A DNA stretch of 61,756 bases, filler included. It is 5 parts of 5 records of this genome, joined end to end, with 100 filler letters (N's around TTAATTAATTAA, not from the genome) between each part and the next. Parts side by side here need not be neighbours in the genome. Positions count along the whole stretch, not along the records: positions 53,091 to 61,756 come from SRR20825019_2728; 4 more parts are not named here. One strand, 5' to 3'. Shown here piece after piece: positions 61,240 through 61,756 of this stretch. The translations under genes and the position numbers were made by a program. Every line of letters starts with the position of its first letter. Position 1 is the first letter of the stretch. The notes beneath the pieces were generated by a model that saw only the letters and a list, made by a program, of their open reading frames with translations, had not been told where the DNA came from and did no database searches.

Positions 61240-61756
61240 TCAGTGCGCTTCGGACCAACTGTCACCGACACCCGCGTCGGCCACCAGCGGAACGGAAAGC
61301 CGCACCACCGGATCGGCCGCGCCTTCCATCACCTTGCGGACCAGCGCCGTGGTCTCCTCGACCTCCGCCTCTGGCACCTCGAACAGCAATTCATCGTGCA
61401 CCTGCAGCAGCATCGTCGCCTTCAGTCCGGCCTCTCTGATCGCGGGTCCGATGCGGACCATGGCGCGCTTGATAACATCGGCGGCAGATCCCTGGATCGG
61501 CGCGTTGATCGCCGCCCGCTCGGAGAAGGCGCGGCGGGCCGGGTTGCTGTCCTTGATGCCCGGGATATGGATACGCCGCCCGAACAGGGTGGTGACATAG
61601 CCGTCCTCCCGCGCCGCCGCCTTGGTCTTGTCCATGTAATCGCGGATGCCCGGGAAACGCTCGAAATAGGCATCGATATATTTCTTCGCCACCCCGGGCT
61701 CGGTGCCGAGCTGGCGGGCGAGACCGAAGGCGGAAATGCCGTAGATGATGCCGAAA
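61240..61756 (-). CDS. polA: DNA polymerase I, C-terminal part
   Basis: FGIIYG, ERAAINAPIQGSAAD and LLQVHDELLFE motifs. Confidence 0.97.
   Translation of the reverse strand, partial: FGIIYGISAFGLARQLGTEPGVAKKYIDAYFERFPGIRDYMDKTKAAAREDGYVTTLFGRRIHIPGIKDSNPARRAFSERAAINAPIQGSAADVIKRAMVRIGPAIREAGLKATMLLQVHDELLFEVPEAEVEETTALVRKVMEGAADPVVRLSVPLVADAGVGDSWSEAH

Overview
The window is not one genomic locus. It is five unrelated contigs joined by artificial N44-TTAATTAATTAA-N44 linkers. (1) 1-15384, alphaproteobacterial: a TRAP/TTT transport plus hydrolase/decarboxylase catabolic cluster, a decayed integrase beside a tRNA-Gln 3'-fragment att-like site, and a galactitol/tagatose-type ABC-kinase-epimerase operon. 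(2) 15485-36600, Hyphomicrobiales (Devosia-like by inference): tRNA-Thr, a bufferin-type RiPP cluster (DUF2282-DUF692-DUF2063-DoxX), EAL and HD-GYP proteins, hemA, mscL, sthA, LOG, a hybrid kinase and a pseudo-receiver FixJ-like regulator. (3) 36701-42529, eukaryotic and intronless (kinetoplastid-like by inference): one mosaic surface protein of about 1900 aa or more. (4) 42630-52990, a compact protist genome with 48-58 nt introns: aminoacylase-1 with an N-terminal extension, a secreted protein joining 21 EGF-like repeats to an alpha-carbonic anhydrase, an EEF1AKMT4-like methyltransferase and a probable INTS5. (5) 53091-61756, alphaproteobacterial core genes: manX-rapZ-hprK-chvG-chvI, HugZ-like, pckA, SpoIIAA-like, GNAT and polA. 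All family calls come from motif recognition by eye; no database searches were run.
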